Sequence record: OP123707.1
Length of the DNA stretch: 64,000 nt
Reading direction: 5' to 3' (one strand)
Position 1 is the first letter of the stretch, and each line of letters begins with the position of its first letter. The notes under the pieces are model-generated. The model saw only the letters and a program-made list of their open reading frames with translations, did no database searches and was not told where the DNA came from. Of this stretch, positions 21,043 through 29,313 are shown in pieces. The position numbers and the translations under genes were made by a program.

Positions 21043-21690
21043 ATGGTCGAATTAAAAGACTTTTATCACCGTTTAGCTTTAGGGCGTGCTATTATTAAAA
21101 ACCCAGCCAACGTACTCGGTACGATTTTTGATCGCTGGCAATTGATTGGTCAGTCTAATTTTGAGTTTGGTGGATTAAGCTTCCATATTAACCACGTTAA
21201 ACTCAATACAGAAAACACAGGTGAGATCGCAATCATCATGAATGGGTTTCCAAACCTAGACATGCCGAGTGAAATCGCCAATGAAATGTTCTTAGAACGT
21301 GACCCGTTCCATTTTGTATTTAAACATGGTGATTTTTTCGATCGTAAAACGCTCCAGCTGACCTTCAGTGAAGAGTTATCCAAATACTTGCGTGAATATG
21401 CCGGTTACGACTTTACAACCGTACACCGTGCGTTAGGGGAAGAAGCAGCGCAACGTTTAATCACGTATTACCCGAGTAAGTTTGCTCGTTTACGCAGTCA
21501 CTTGATTCAAGACGTTCCCGTTGATAACGCATCGTTCAATGTTGTCATCGAACCTCGTGTGTTGGGTGGGAACATCCGCATGTACGGAAAGAATCGAGTT
21601 TACTTATCCCAAGCACGTGACGCGGCTTACGTCGATGTGACTTATCCGGAGTTCACGGTCAAACGTCCTCATCATAAACGTGCGGCTTAG
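21043..21690 (+). CDS. Hypothetical protein (215 aa)
   Basis: SD AGGAG, long ORF. Confidence 0.65.
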   Translation: MVELKDFYHRLALGRAIIKNPANVLGTIFDRWQLIGQSNFEFGGLSFHINHVKLNTENTGEIAIIMNGFPNLDMPSEIANEMFLERDPFHFVFKHGDFFDRKTLQLTFSEELSKYLREYAGYDFTTVHRALGEEAAQRLITYYPSKFARLRSHLIQDVPVDNASFNVVIEPRVLGGNIRMYGKNRVYLSQARDAAYVDVTYPEFTVKRPHHKRAA

Positions 21691-21699
21691 AAATATTAT

Positions 21700-21850
21700 G
21701 TGGGATTAATACAGCATTTGGAAAATCGGACGTCGATGTTCTTAGCGAAGTGACTTTCCGTTTACCATGTCATAATCCTACACCAGTAACATTAGTTAAT
21801 AAAGATGCTTAGAGGTCCTGTGCGGACTTCTAAGACATCCGAGTACTAAT
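21700..21850 (+). ncRNA. Candidate structured small RNA (two long hairpins)
   Basis: GTGGGATTA (21700) pairs with TAATCCTAC (21773-21781). Inner helix TGGAAAATCGGA/TCCGTTTACCA. Second hairpin GATG-CTTAGAGGTCC/GGACTTCTAAG-A-CATC. Starts at the G of TATG. Confidence 0.5.
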
Positions 21851-21909
21851 AACTATAAAACATTACTTTAAACTTTTAACAACGCTCAGAGTGCGTAATA
21901 GGAACTATT

Positions 21910-22638
21910 ATGTCTAAATGTAAATTTGATTTTGAATCAACCAATCTGTCCAACCGTTGTGAAGTCCGTAAACATCGTGGACAAATGGGTGAGTTGTTCT
22001 ACATCACCCGCAGTCTCATCAATGCCGAGTTTTGGTTGAGTCAGTTATTTGAACGCATGAAGCATCTGCGTGACCTTAAACTTGGAACGACTGATCCTAA
22101 GGCTCCTAATAACGCTCTGTTGATCAGTCGTGTTATTGAAGAAACGATCGGTAACAAAGCGTGCTTGGTAGTGAATGACGATCTCAACGGCGGGCATCAA
22201 GATCCTAAGTTCATTGTCAAGGTCTCCTATGACCCAGATCGCCGGACACCTTATGCGTTGCATTTCAATGCTCCGGATTATTTGTTCACCAAACCCATGG
22301 AATCCAAACCATGTGTGACCCATCGTGAGATCACGTACTATTTTAACGACCTTCCGATGTTGCGTGAGCTGGAAACCGTATTGAGTGATTACGCGAAGCA
22401 GTTCCCTTACACCGCAGATGAAGCACACGATGAATTCGTTAAGTTGGTGAAAGCTCAAAAGGAAACCCCAACCTTTAACTGGTTAGGGAAGCCAGGTCGT
22501 TACGTCAGCAACATCACAGGAACACGTCATTACAACCTGACGTATTTCACTACTCGCAAATGGATCCGTACCGATAAGCATCATGTGGAATGTTTGTTAC
22601 GCACTATGATGGGACCAACCAAGATCATTACGATTTAG
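21910..22638 (+). CDS. Hypothetical protein (242 aa)
   Basis: SD AGGA, long ORF. Confidence 0.65.
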   Translation: MSKCKFDFESTNLSNRCEVRKHRGQMGELFYITRSLINAEFWLSQLFERMKHLRDLKLGTTDPKAPNNALLISRVIEETIGNKACLVVNDDLNGGHQDPKFIVKVSYDPDRRTPYALHFNAPDYLFTKPMESKPCVTHREITYYFNDLPMLRELETVLSDYAKQFPYTADEAHDEFVKLVKAQKETPTFNWLGKPGRYVSNITGTRHYNLTYFTTRKWIRTDKHHVECLLRTMMGPTKIITI

Positions 22639-22719
22639 TAAGTTCTTAGTGGATAAGTATATTATATGTACTAAAGAACCCCGTCGAAGACCCCCTGGAA
22701 AAGGTGGAAAGGATTATTT

Positions 22720-22938
22720 TTGCATTTGAGTTATAGAGTACTCCTTAGAGTGAACTATGAGGTACGAGTAGTGAACGGTGAGTGTTGTAGTACGCAGTAC
22801 GAAGACACGATAAAAAAGGGTACTCTTATAACGTTATGGGGTAAAGGTAAGATCCGAGTAAAGCAATTATGGATCTATATTACTGACACGATAAAGGAAT
22901 ACTGTGTGGGATTAATTATAGGTTTAACAGGAGTATAA
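22720..22938 (+). CDS. Possible small protein (72 aa, TTG start)
   Basis: SD AAGGA 6 nt upstream of TTG; fills the intergenic gap. Could instead be regulatory DNA. Confidence 0.3.
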   Translation: MHLSYRVLLRVNYEVRVVNGECCSTQYEDTIKKGTLITLWGKGKIRVKQLWIYITDTIKEYCVGLIIGLTGV

Positions 22939-22942
22939 CGGA

Positions 22943-23713
22943 ATGAGTACAGTGATTCAACAGATCAGCAACACCAATTTATACCACGTACACGGCACCG
23001 TCGTGACAGCCAAAGGAAGACCGAATCGTCAGAACAACATCATGATGACCATTAAGGGTCAAAAACAAGTTCGACTAACTCGTGGACAACGTTGGGTGAA
23101 ACAGCTAGCGAAACTAAGAGAAGGGTTCCCTTTACACTTAGTGGATCAATCTGAACACCTGTGTTTCAAAGAGATCGTGCTTCCTACTTACGAAGATTAC
23201 GTTGTTGATGCACCGTACTTAAGCTGTATGTTGGAATGGGAAGGCTTGCAACTTTACGTATTGCCGGGGTTCTTAGGTAACGCGGTTAGCAGCCAGGGGA
23301 AAGTTTACGAGCTTTACTTAGATAAAGCCAACAAGGAATGGTACTGGGGAGAGATCTACCCTAACCAAAACGAATGTTACGATTTGATCAACTCCATTGA
23401 TGGGGATATGTTGGAGTTAAGCGCGGAAGATCTGATTTACTTACTCAAAGGCGATTACGTCGATGGGAAGGACATCAGTGCTTACTACGAAAAGCGTCAC
23501 ACGGATCTAAAAGCAAAGCTGGCACTCGATGATGGCTGGGTTTCCGTGGATCCTAAGAGTGACTTCGGTCCAGAACATGTGGCTCAACTCCATAACGACA
23601 ATGTGGTGGTTACGTTACGTGACAAACCTAAGACCGTCACAGAAGCGTTCCTACAAGCATACCACGCCAGTGGTTGTGAAACTCAACCTTGGTTAAGTCG
23701 CATTGCAGTTTAA
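22943..23713 (+). CDS. Hypothetical protein with a NUMOD4-like segment
   Basis: LPGFLGNAVSSQGKVY resembles the NUMOD4 pattern IPGY.GYEVS.LGRV. Confidence 0.55.
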   Translation: MSTVIQQISNTNLYHVHGTVVTAKGRPNRQNNIMMTIKGQKQVRLTRGQRWVKQLAKLREGFPLHLVDQSEHLCFKEIVLPTYEDYVVDAPYLSCMLEWEGLQLYVLPGFLGNAVSSQGKVYELYLDKANKEWYWGEIYPNQNECYDLINSIDGDMLELSAEDLIYLLKGDYVDGKDISAYYEKRHTDLKAKLALDDGWVSVDPKSDFGPEHVAQLHNDNVVVTLRDKPKTVTEAFLQAYHASGCETQPWLSRIAV

Positions 23714-23799
23714 GAAGCCCCCAACTACTCTACTTGCTTAATAGCGGTAGAGTAGAGTCTCTTTTTTATTTTTCAATTTTTTATTTAAGGATGAACATC

Positions 23800-24936
23800 A
23801 TGTCCATAGCACTACCATTGAGCAATGATCCAATCGTCACCAAAGCGATGAACCTCATCAGTCGTGATTATTTAAAGCTGCCATTGAGTTCTAACTTAGC
23901 GGAACGCATGGGCTTGAAACCAAATCAATTACGTCATCGTTTTGCTAATGATGGATTAGAGACCCCAAAACACTATTTAGGGAAAGTTAGGGTCGCTTAT
24001 GTAAGGAACCAACTGAAATCCACCAATCGATCCATTCAAGAGATCGCTCAGTCGATGGGGTATGAAGAAGAACATCAATTCCGCAATTGGTACCGAAGCA
24101 ACACCGGGATCACACCAATCAAAGAACGGACCTTAGCACAACTGGAGTCGGAGAACATAGAGACACGCCCAGAGCAAATGGACACCATCATTGATGAACT
24201 CAAAGCCCATATCGATGCCAACTTCACCACCTTAACTCAGGTGGAGTCTTTTATGGATCAATACCTGATGAGCAACGTAGCGATACGCCGTTCATTTAAA
24301 CGAACTCATAAACTGTACCCACGCGAGTATTTGATCAAAACTCAGTGTGAGTATGTTGCGAGGCGCATTCGTAAGGATGGTTGGTTTAAACAAGAAATCT
24401 TGAAACACGTGAAACATGGACAGATTACCGGGTTCAATCGCATGTTCAAGAAATACTACAACGTGAGTGTGTACGACTACGGTAAAACAAACACCTTGGG
24501 ATTCGCAGTGACCGTCAACGGAACCAAACGTTGGTTGACGCAAACTTTAGTGGACCAGATTTTAGAACACCTGGCGGACGAAGTCTTTACGGATCATCAA
24601 TCGATCACTGACATTCGAAAGTTTTACGGTATTCATTATGAGAACTGGACTAAGTTGTTTGAAAGTACCGTCGGTATGAATGCACGACACACTTATCGTG
24701 GGATCGAGTATGAAGCAGCACTTCACTTGATCCAACACACGAGTTGGAACATCGAACGCATTATCGACACCGTGACGTCTGGTAAGCGTTCCAACTTTAA
24801 CGCCCGTTTTAAAGAGTACTTCGGATTGACGCCAATCGAAGCCAGACGCTACCCAGAACGTGTGATGCGTTTACAGGACACTGAGCAATTGGTGAAGTAC
24901 ATGAAAGTTGGCTTACAAAACTTAGAAATTAATTAA
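23800..24936 (+). CDS. Protein of three tandem AraC/XylS-type DNA-binding domains (378 aa)
   Basis: Three ~100-aa units ending FRNWYRSNTGITP, FNRMFKKYYNVSV and FNARFKEYFGLTP. SD AAGGA before ATG 23800. Confidence 0.85.
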   Translation: MSIALPLSNDPIVTKAMNLISRDYLKLPLSSNLAERMGLKPNQLRHRFANDGLETPKHYLGKVRVAYVRNQLKSTNRSIQEIAQSMGYEEEHQFRNWYRSNTGITPIKERTLAQLESENIETRPEQMDTIIDELKAHIDANFTTLTQVESFMDQYLMSNVAIRRSFKRTHKLYPREYLIKTQCEYVARRIRKDGWFKQEILKHVKHGQITGFNRMFKKYYNVSVYDYGKTNTLGFAVTVNGTKRWLTQTLVDQILEHLADEVFTDHQSITDIRKFYGIHYENWTKLFESTVGMNARHTYRGIEYEAALHLIQHTSWNIERIIDTVTSGKRSNFNARFKEYFGLTPIEARRYPERVMRLQDTEQLVKYMKVGLQNLEIN

Positions 24937-24949
24937 AGGCTTAAGAACA

Positions 24950-25666
24950 ATGCAACAAGATTTTAAACAATCACTTTTAGAAAGCACCGTCCAGTGGGTC
25001 CACAACAACTACCATCGACCAATTAAGGTAGGGGACATCCACCACCAAATGGGGTTGTCTGCTCCTCTGGTCACATATTTGTTTAAAGCACGTTTCAAGA
25101 TCACCCCAGGAACGTACCTCCGTAACTACCGAATGATGAAGGCTCACGAACACATTCGCCAAGGGGTTAAACCTACGGTGGCGTGTGAACGTACTGGGTA
25201 CACCAGTTACCACGCGTTTTGTCGAGTGTACAAAGTCCATTACGGGTTAACCCCATCGGAACATTCTCGACGTTTCCGTAACATGGAAGTCCAGACGGAA
25301 AGCTACGCTAACAGCATCATGAACAAGGAGTTCCCGGAAAGCCTTCGTGCTCGCATCATTGATTACGTGGTTGAGAACATCAAGCACAACCAAAACTTAC
25401 GTAAGTTGGAGAAACACTTCAATCTTCGGTTTGGGAGTTTGGGTCCTATGTTCGAGTATTTTTATAACTTGACATATTACGATTGGCGCAAGAAGATGCG
25501 CATGGAGAAGGTCAATGAGTTAATCCGTAACGACCCTCACATGGATCTTAAATCACTCCCAGCGACGTTAGGGATTTGCAGTTATCACTATCTAAACACG
25601 TTGTACCAAGCACACTACGGTATGACGATTGGTCAGTACGCTTACAAACAAAAGAGAATGGTCTAA
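24950..25666 (+). CDS. Protein of two tandem AraC-type DNA-binding domains (238 aa)
   Basis: Units ...YLRNYRM...TGYTSYHAFCRVYKVHYGLTPSE and ...KMRMEK...LGICSYHYLNTLYQAHYGMT. Confidence 0.85.
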   Translation: MQQDFKQSLLESTVQWVHNNYHRPIKVGDIHHQMGLSAPLVTYLFKARFKITPGTYLRNYRMMKAHEHIRQGVKPTVACERTGYTSYHAFCRVYKVHYGLTPSEHSRRFRNMEVQTESYANSIMNKEFPESLRARIIDYVVENIKHNQNLRKLEKHFNLRFGSLGPMFEYFYNLTYYDWRKKMRMEKVNELIRNDPHMDLKSLPATLGICSYHYLNTLYQAHYGMTIGQYAYKQKRMV

Positions 25667-26370
25667 TGAAAAACATGGAAGTTTTTAAGTTCATCGAACA
25701 AGCGATCGAAGCAAATTATCGTGATCTAAAGGCAAGTGGGAAAGTCTGTCAGGCCACCGCAATGAGTCGTAACCAGATTAATGCGGTGTTAGCACGTCTA
25801 GGAAAGCCGACCCTGAAACAACTGATCGTAAATAAGCGCGTGATCGTTGCTAAGGAGCTCCTAGACAAAGGAACGGTGAAAGCCAAAGTCTTACACACCA
25901 AAGTAGGATACGGTACGTACAAAGGGCTTAGAGAGGCGTTTGTGCAAGCTTACGGAGTTACCCCAAGTTTTTATGAGATGAGTCCTAAGACTAAGCTCCA
26001 GAATAAAAACGAAAAGCAAACTCCTCCGGAGTTCACCCAACCGTTTCAGTATGAAGTCAATAAGTACATTCTGAAACATTTCGTGGATAAGGGGATTACT
26101 GTTCATGATGTGGCGAAGGAATTCAACACCACCAACGAGATGATTGAGAAAGTGTGTCAACACTATTACCATCGATCATTTGCGGACCGGGTATTACACC
26201 TTCGTTTGAACCGTGCCGCGGGTCAATTACACGGAACCCGCAAAGACCCAAAAACCATCGCTTCGAATGTTGGGTTTCTAACCTACCATTTCTTTGTAGT
26301 GAAATTCACGGAGATGTTTACGGTAGGACCTAAACGTTACCGGACCTTAGCTCGACTGAATGCGATTTAA
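25666..26370 (+). CDS. Protein of two tandem AraC-type DNA-binding domains (234 aa)
   Basis: TAATG overlap with the previous gene. Units ...VGYGTYKGLREAFVQAYGVTP and ...LRLNRA...VGFLTYHFFVVKFTEMFTVGPKRYR. Confidence 0.85.
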   Translation: MKNMEVFKFIEQAIEANYRDLKASGKVCQATAMSRNQINAVLARLGKPTLKQLIVNKRVIVAKELLDKGTVKAKVLHTKVGYGTYKGLREAFVQAYGVTPSFYEMSPKTKLQNKNEKQTPPEFTQPFQYEVNKYILKHFVDKGITVHDVAKEFNTTNEMIEKVCQHYYHRSFADRVLHLRLNRAAGQLHGTRKDPKTIASNVGFLTYHFFVVKFTEMFTVGPKRYRTLARLNAI

Positions 26371-26389
26371 TACTGAAAGGTAATGTTAT

Positions 26390-26907
26390 GTGAACAGAAA
26401 GTATTTTAGTGAAACCTCACTGGAGTATCCGAACAAATCAGGTGTATACCGCGAGATCTGTCAGTAGTGTGGATCTTCAAGTACTTCTGTTCACAATCTC
26501 ATCCTTTCACGGGGTGATACCAGATCAGTAGGTATAAAGCGCACGAATAATGTTCGGGGATGGCAATGGTTTGATTTTCATCCTTTTGTTTCCGGCTTCG
26601 ATGAGTAGCCGTTCCCGGACACCAAATGTTAATTCATGTATGTTGACGCATTGGTATCATGAGTTACATTAGACCCTTCTTCATTTAGCCGAGTGGATGA
26701 ACGGGTTGCTGTGTGAACAGCCGGCTAAGCTCTTTAAGACGAATAAGGTTCCTCCAGCCTTGCCCATCGTTTCCCTCATTAGAGAGTTTAGTTCGGGTGT
26801 TTCTTCCAGTAGGGAAGGCCAACCACTGCTTTCTTGGTGACATCTTTAGTTCTTAGGAACAAGATAGTTTCGCAGCAGCCGTTCTCCTAGGAGAACGGTA
26901 CTTTTTT
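26390..26907 (+). ncRNA. Candidate large structured non-coding RNA (~520 nt), family not recognised
   Basis: No credible ORF in a gene-dense genome. More than 12 helices found by eye, a terminal helix GTGAACAGAAAGTA/TACTTCTGTTCAC, a GNRA hairpin and a pseudoknot. Starts at the G of TATG and ends in a terminator. Confidence 0.7.
26878..26907 (+). terminator. Intrinsic terminator closing the candidate ncRNA
   Basis: GCCGTTCTC-ctag-GAGAACGGT then ACTTTTTT. Confidence 0.85.
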
Positions 26908-27051
26908 GCTTTTTCAATATTTTCATAAAAAAGTTCCAGAGCTCCTACAAGGCTCTCTAAGCTTCTTTAGCACTTTTATTATGTCTTATAAACTATAACT
27001 GCATTGCACATCTTCTAGGTGCCATACAAACGTTTTAACGATGGAAAGTTT

Positions 27052-27345
27052 ATGTCTAAAATCAAATTATCTTTGGTCGCGATTTGTTTATCCGACTTCG
27101 AGGACGTATTACCAAGCAGCGGTCAGGCAACGCAAGCCATAGGTTTGATTCAAGAAGCCCTTATCGACCTTGGTTATAACGTTCAACATGTGCATCAGGT
27201 GCAGGGGGACCCAACGACACTGTATCCTGTTCGCGCATATATCAAAAATGTCATTGTGGGGCAATCCAACGGAATACCAACGGACTCTAACGTCACTATC
27301 CGTATTGCCAACGCACAGTGTTACTCAGTCCTATTTTTTAAATAG
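27052..27345 (+). CDS. Hypothetical protein
   Basis: SD GGAAAG; first gene of a tightly coupled cluster. Confidence 0.55.
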   Translation: MSKIKLSLVAICLSDFEDVLPSSGQATQAIGLIQEALIDLGYNVQHVHQVQGDPTTLYPVRAYIKNVIVGQSNGIPTDSNVTIRIANAQCYSVLFFK

Positions 27346-27353
27346 AGGTCATT

Positions 27354-27809
27354 ATGTATTTTATCGACACGAAGCAGATCGTGGATAATCTGCTCACCTT
27401 TGATCAACTCGATTACAGCCGCGTTGACATGAGACCTTACGCTTCCATTATCGTGGAAGACATCATCACTATGTTTAACAGTAAAACGGAGGAAAACCTT
27501 TACGACCGTATAGGGCACCTCACGTCTACAATCGGAAATAACATAGCGGTGGAAACCATTTACCTCAGTATACTGAATGGGTTAAAGGACCATTGTCATA
27601 AATGCGGATGGGATAACCGCATCATGGTGAAACTGAATGATCACTTTACTCGTGATCATTCAGGCGAGATCACTCAACTTATCATCGTCATGGATTTGGA
27701 CGCGACTATGGAAGCGTGTTACGACCCATACAACCCAACTACATCTCTAGGGGAAATGATCAGTGACAATCCAACACCCGATCAAATGTCCAACTTCATC
27801 CCAACCTAG
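27354..27809 (+). CDS. Hypothetical protein
   Basis: SD GAGG, 151 aa. Confidence 0.6.
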   Translation: MYFIDTKQIVDNLLTFDQLDYSRVDMRPYASIIVEDIITMFNSKTEENLYDRIGHLTSTIGNNIAVETIYLSILNGLKDHCHKCGWDNRIMVKLNDHFTRDHSGEITQLIIVMDLDATMEACYDPYNPTTSLGEMISDNPTPDQMSNFIPT

Positions 27810-28344
27810 TCTTTTTTCTGTCGAGCTCCAATCGGTTTATGATTTGATCTCAGAATACATTATGTACGAAAACGATATCCGACCTATCCCTTTGAGTCAA
27901 ACCGCTGAAGTCGCTACTGCACTTTTAGCTGAGACAATAAATGTGATAGGAAGGTTGCCCGGTTTTAAGTACACACATACGCCGGCGGACATCCCAAGCT
28001 TTAAACCAATCAATTTCTTTGATAAAGAAAAGGATTACATGGATTTCGTCATCGTGACAGAATACCCAGAATACGACACTAGGATTTTAAGAGAGTTCTA
28101 TACGGCGGATACATTAGAGTTAATTTTGACGGACATTCAATATCTAGTGTTGAGACCAATATACCAACTCACTCCCAATACAGGTTTCCAACATACGGTG
28201 AAGATCTCTTTACCTCACATTTTGTGTTTGTTGGTCACCGTGCATCAAGAGGATCTGGTGGAATATCATGAAAGTGTTTTTCATGATGGAGCCGATAGCG
28301 GACTTCATCACCCGGAGAGCTTTGATCGACTTTTCGGAAATTAA
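27763..28344 (+). CDS. Hypothetical protein
   Basis: Overlapping ORF in the operon; start uncertain. Confidence 0.55.
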   Translation: MTIQHPIKCPTSSQPSLFSVELQSVYDLISEYIMYENDIRPIPLSQTAEVATALLAETINVIGRLPGFKYTHTPADIPSFKPINFFDKEKDYMDFVIVTEYPEYDTRILREFYTADTLELILTDIQYLVLRPIYQLTPNTGFQHTVKISLPHILCLLVTVHQEDLVEYHESVFHDGADSGLHHPESFDRLFGN

Positions 28345-28651
28345 CCAAGCTGACTTAATGCATGTCTTCTTTGTTACTGCTTACGAATCAGTCGTATCGT
28401 GGGGTCCCGAAGAAGCCAGAACTCAAGCCCAAGGAAGGATGTTAACGGACTTAGTCCATACGCTGTTAAAACCACAGCACGTAGAAAACTTTCCTTGGAT
28501 ATTAGCGGAGATGGAATTGCGTGCCTTGGGCATTATCTTAGTGGAATCAATCGCTGAGTTGATGAACGGTCGTACGATCATCTCTTATTTACCCGTACCG
28601 AACACCCCGGTCCCAACGGGCATGATTGTGGAATTCGTAAATGAACAATAA
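28268..28651 (+). CDS. Hypothetical protein
   Basis: Overlapping ORF in the operon. Confidence 0.55.
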   Translation: MKVFFMMEPIADFITRRALIDFSEINQADLMHVFFVTAYESVVSWGPEEARTQAQGRMLTDLVHTLLKPQHVENFPWILAEMELRALGIILVESIAELMNGRTIISYLPVPNTPVPTGMIVEFVNEQ

Positions 28652-28979
28652 CCAACACAGACAAATCGTCAACCATGTGATGTCAATACCGCCAGCCACT
28701 GACATCGATCTTCTTTGCTCATTCATTGGTAAACTGTTATCGGCTCGTGAAATTAACCACACCCTTTATTCCTTAACCGATAAAGAGTTGGATCACCCGA
28801 TACCAGAATCCAAGCAACAACTCTTGAATGAAGCGATCAACCTTAACCAAGTGCTGGGTACACTAAAGAACCAATACACCACCGTGACTCTGGAGGATGC
28901 TAAAATGACTGGCGTCAGTGTCATATTGGTTTTGGTTTGTGAAGGAAACCGAAGCAATGAGTTCATATCTTTTAGCTAG
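28641..28979 (+). CDS. Hypothetical protein
   Basis: Overlapping ORF in the operon. Confidence 0.55.
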   Translation: MNNNQHRQIVNHVMSIPPATDIDLLCSFIGKLLSAREINHTLYSLTDKELDHPIPESKQQLLNEAINLNQVLGTLKNQYTTVTLEDAKMTGVSVILVLVCEGNRSNEFISFS

Positions 28980-29286
28980 TGTTGATTACAACTCATTAAC
29001 CACCTACGTTAATTCACTTTACGATTTGGATAATTGGGTATTGACAACCGAACTACTGGGCACCCACATTGCCACACACATCGCATCATTGAACGATCAA
29101 GGAGAGGACCCTGACCCACTCCTTACCGACTACTTAGTCGTAGATCGAAGTTTTTACACGATGTATGTTCCGGTAATGCTGGACAAAATTGCGTTCACCA
29201 TCACCGGTGATAACGGAGTAGTCTGTGATTGTCCTCTGATTGTCTTAGTTGAACGCATGTATTACAACCATTTTTATAGGCACTAA
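28957..29286 (+). CDS. Hypothetical protein
   Basis: SD AAGGA before ATG 28957. Confidence 0.55.
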   Translation: MSSYLLASVDYNSLTTYVNSLYDLDNWVLTTELLGTHIATHIASLNDQGEDPDPLLTDYLVVDRSFYTMYVPVMLDKIAFTITGDNGVVCDCPLIVLVERMYYNHFYRH

Positions 29287-29313
29287 GCCTACCCCAACTT
29301 AGGAGATTCATCT

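Noticed and set aside
26550-26672. 40-codon ORF (MFGDGNGLIF...) inside the large RNA
   Set aside because: No SD, codon use unlike the phage genes, and it overlaps continuous helices.
26390-26907. tmRNA, RNase P RNA, group I intron or hammerhead as the identity of the large RNA
   Set aside because: No tRNA-like ends or tag ORF ending in AA-stop, no GAGGAAAGUCC, no flanking exons or convincing P7 elements, and no CUGAUGA/GAAA core on either strand.
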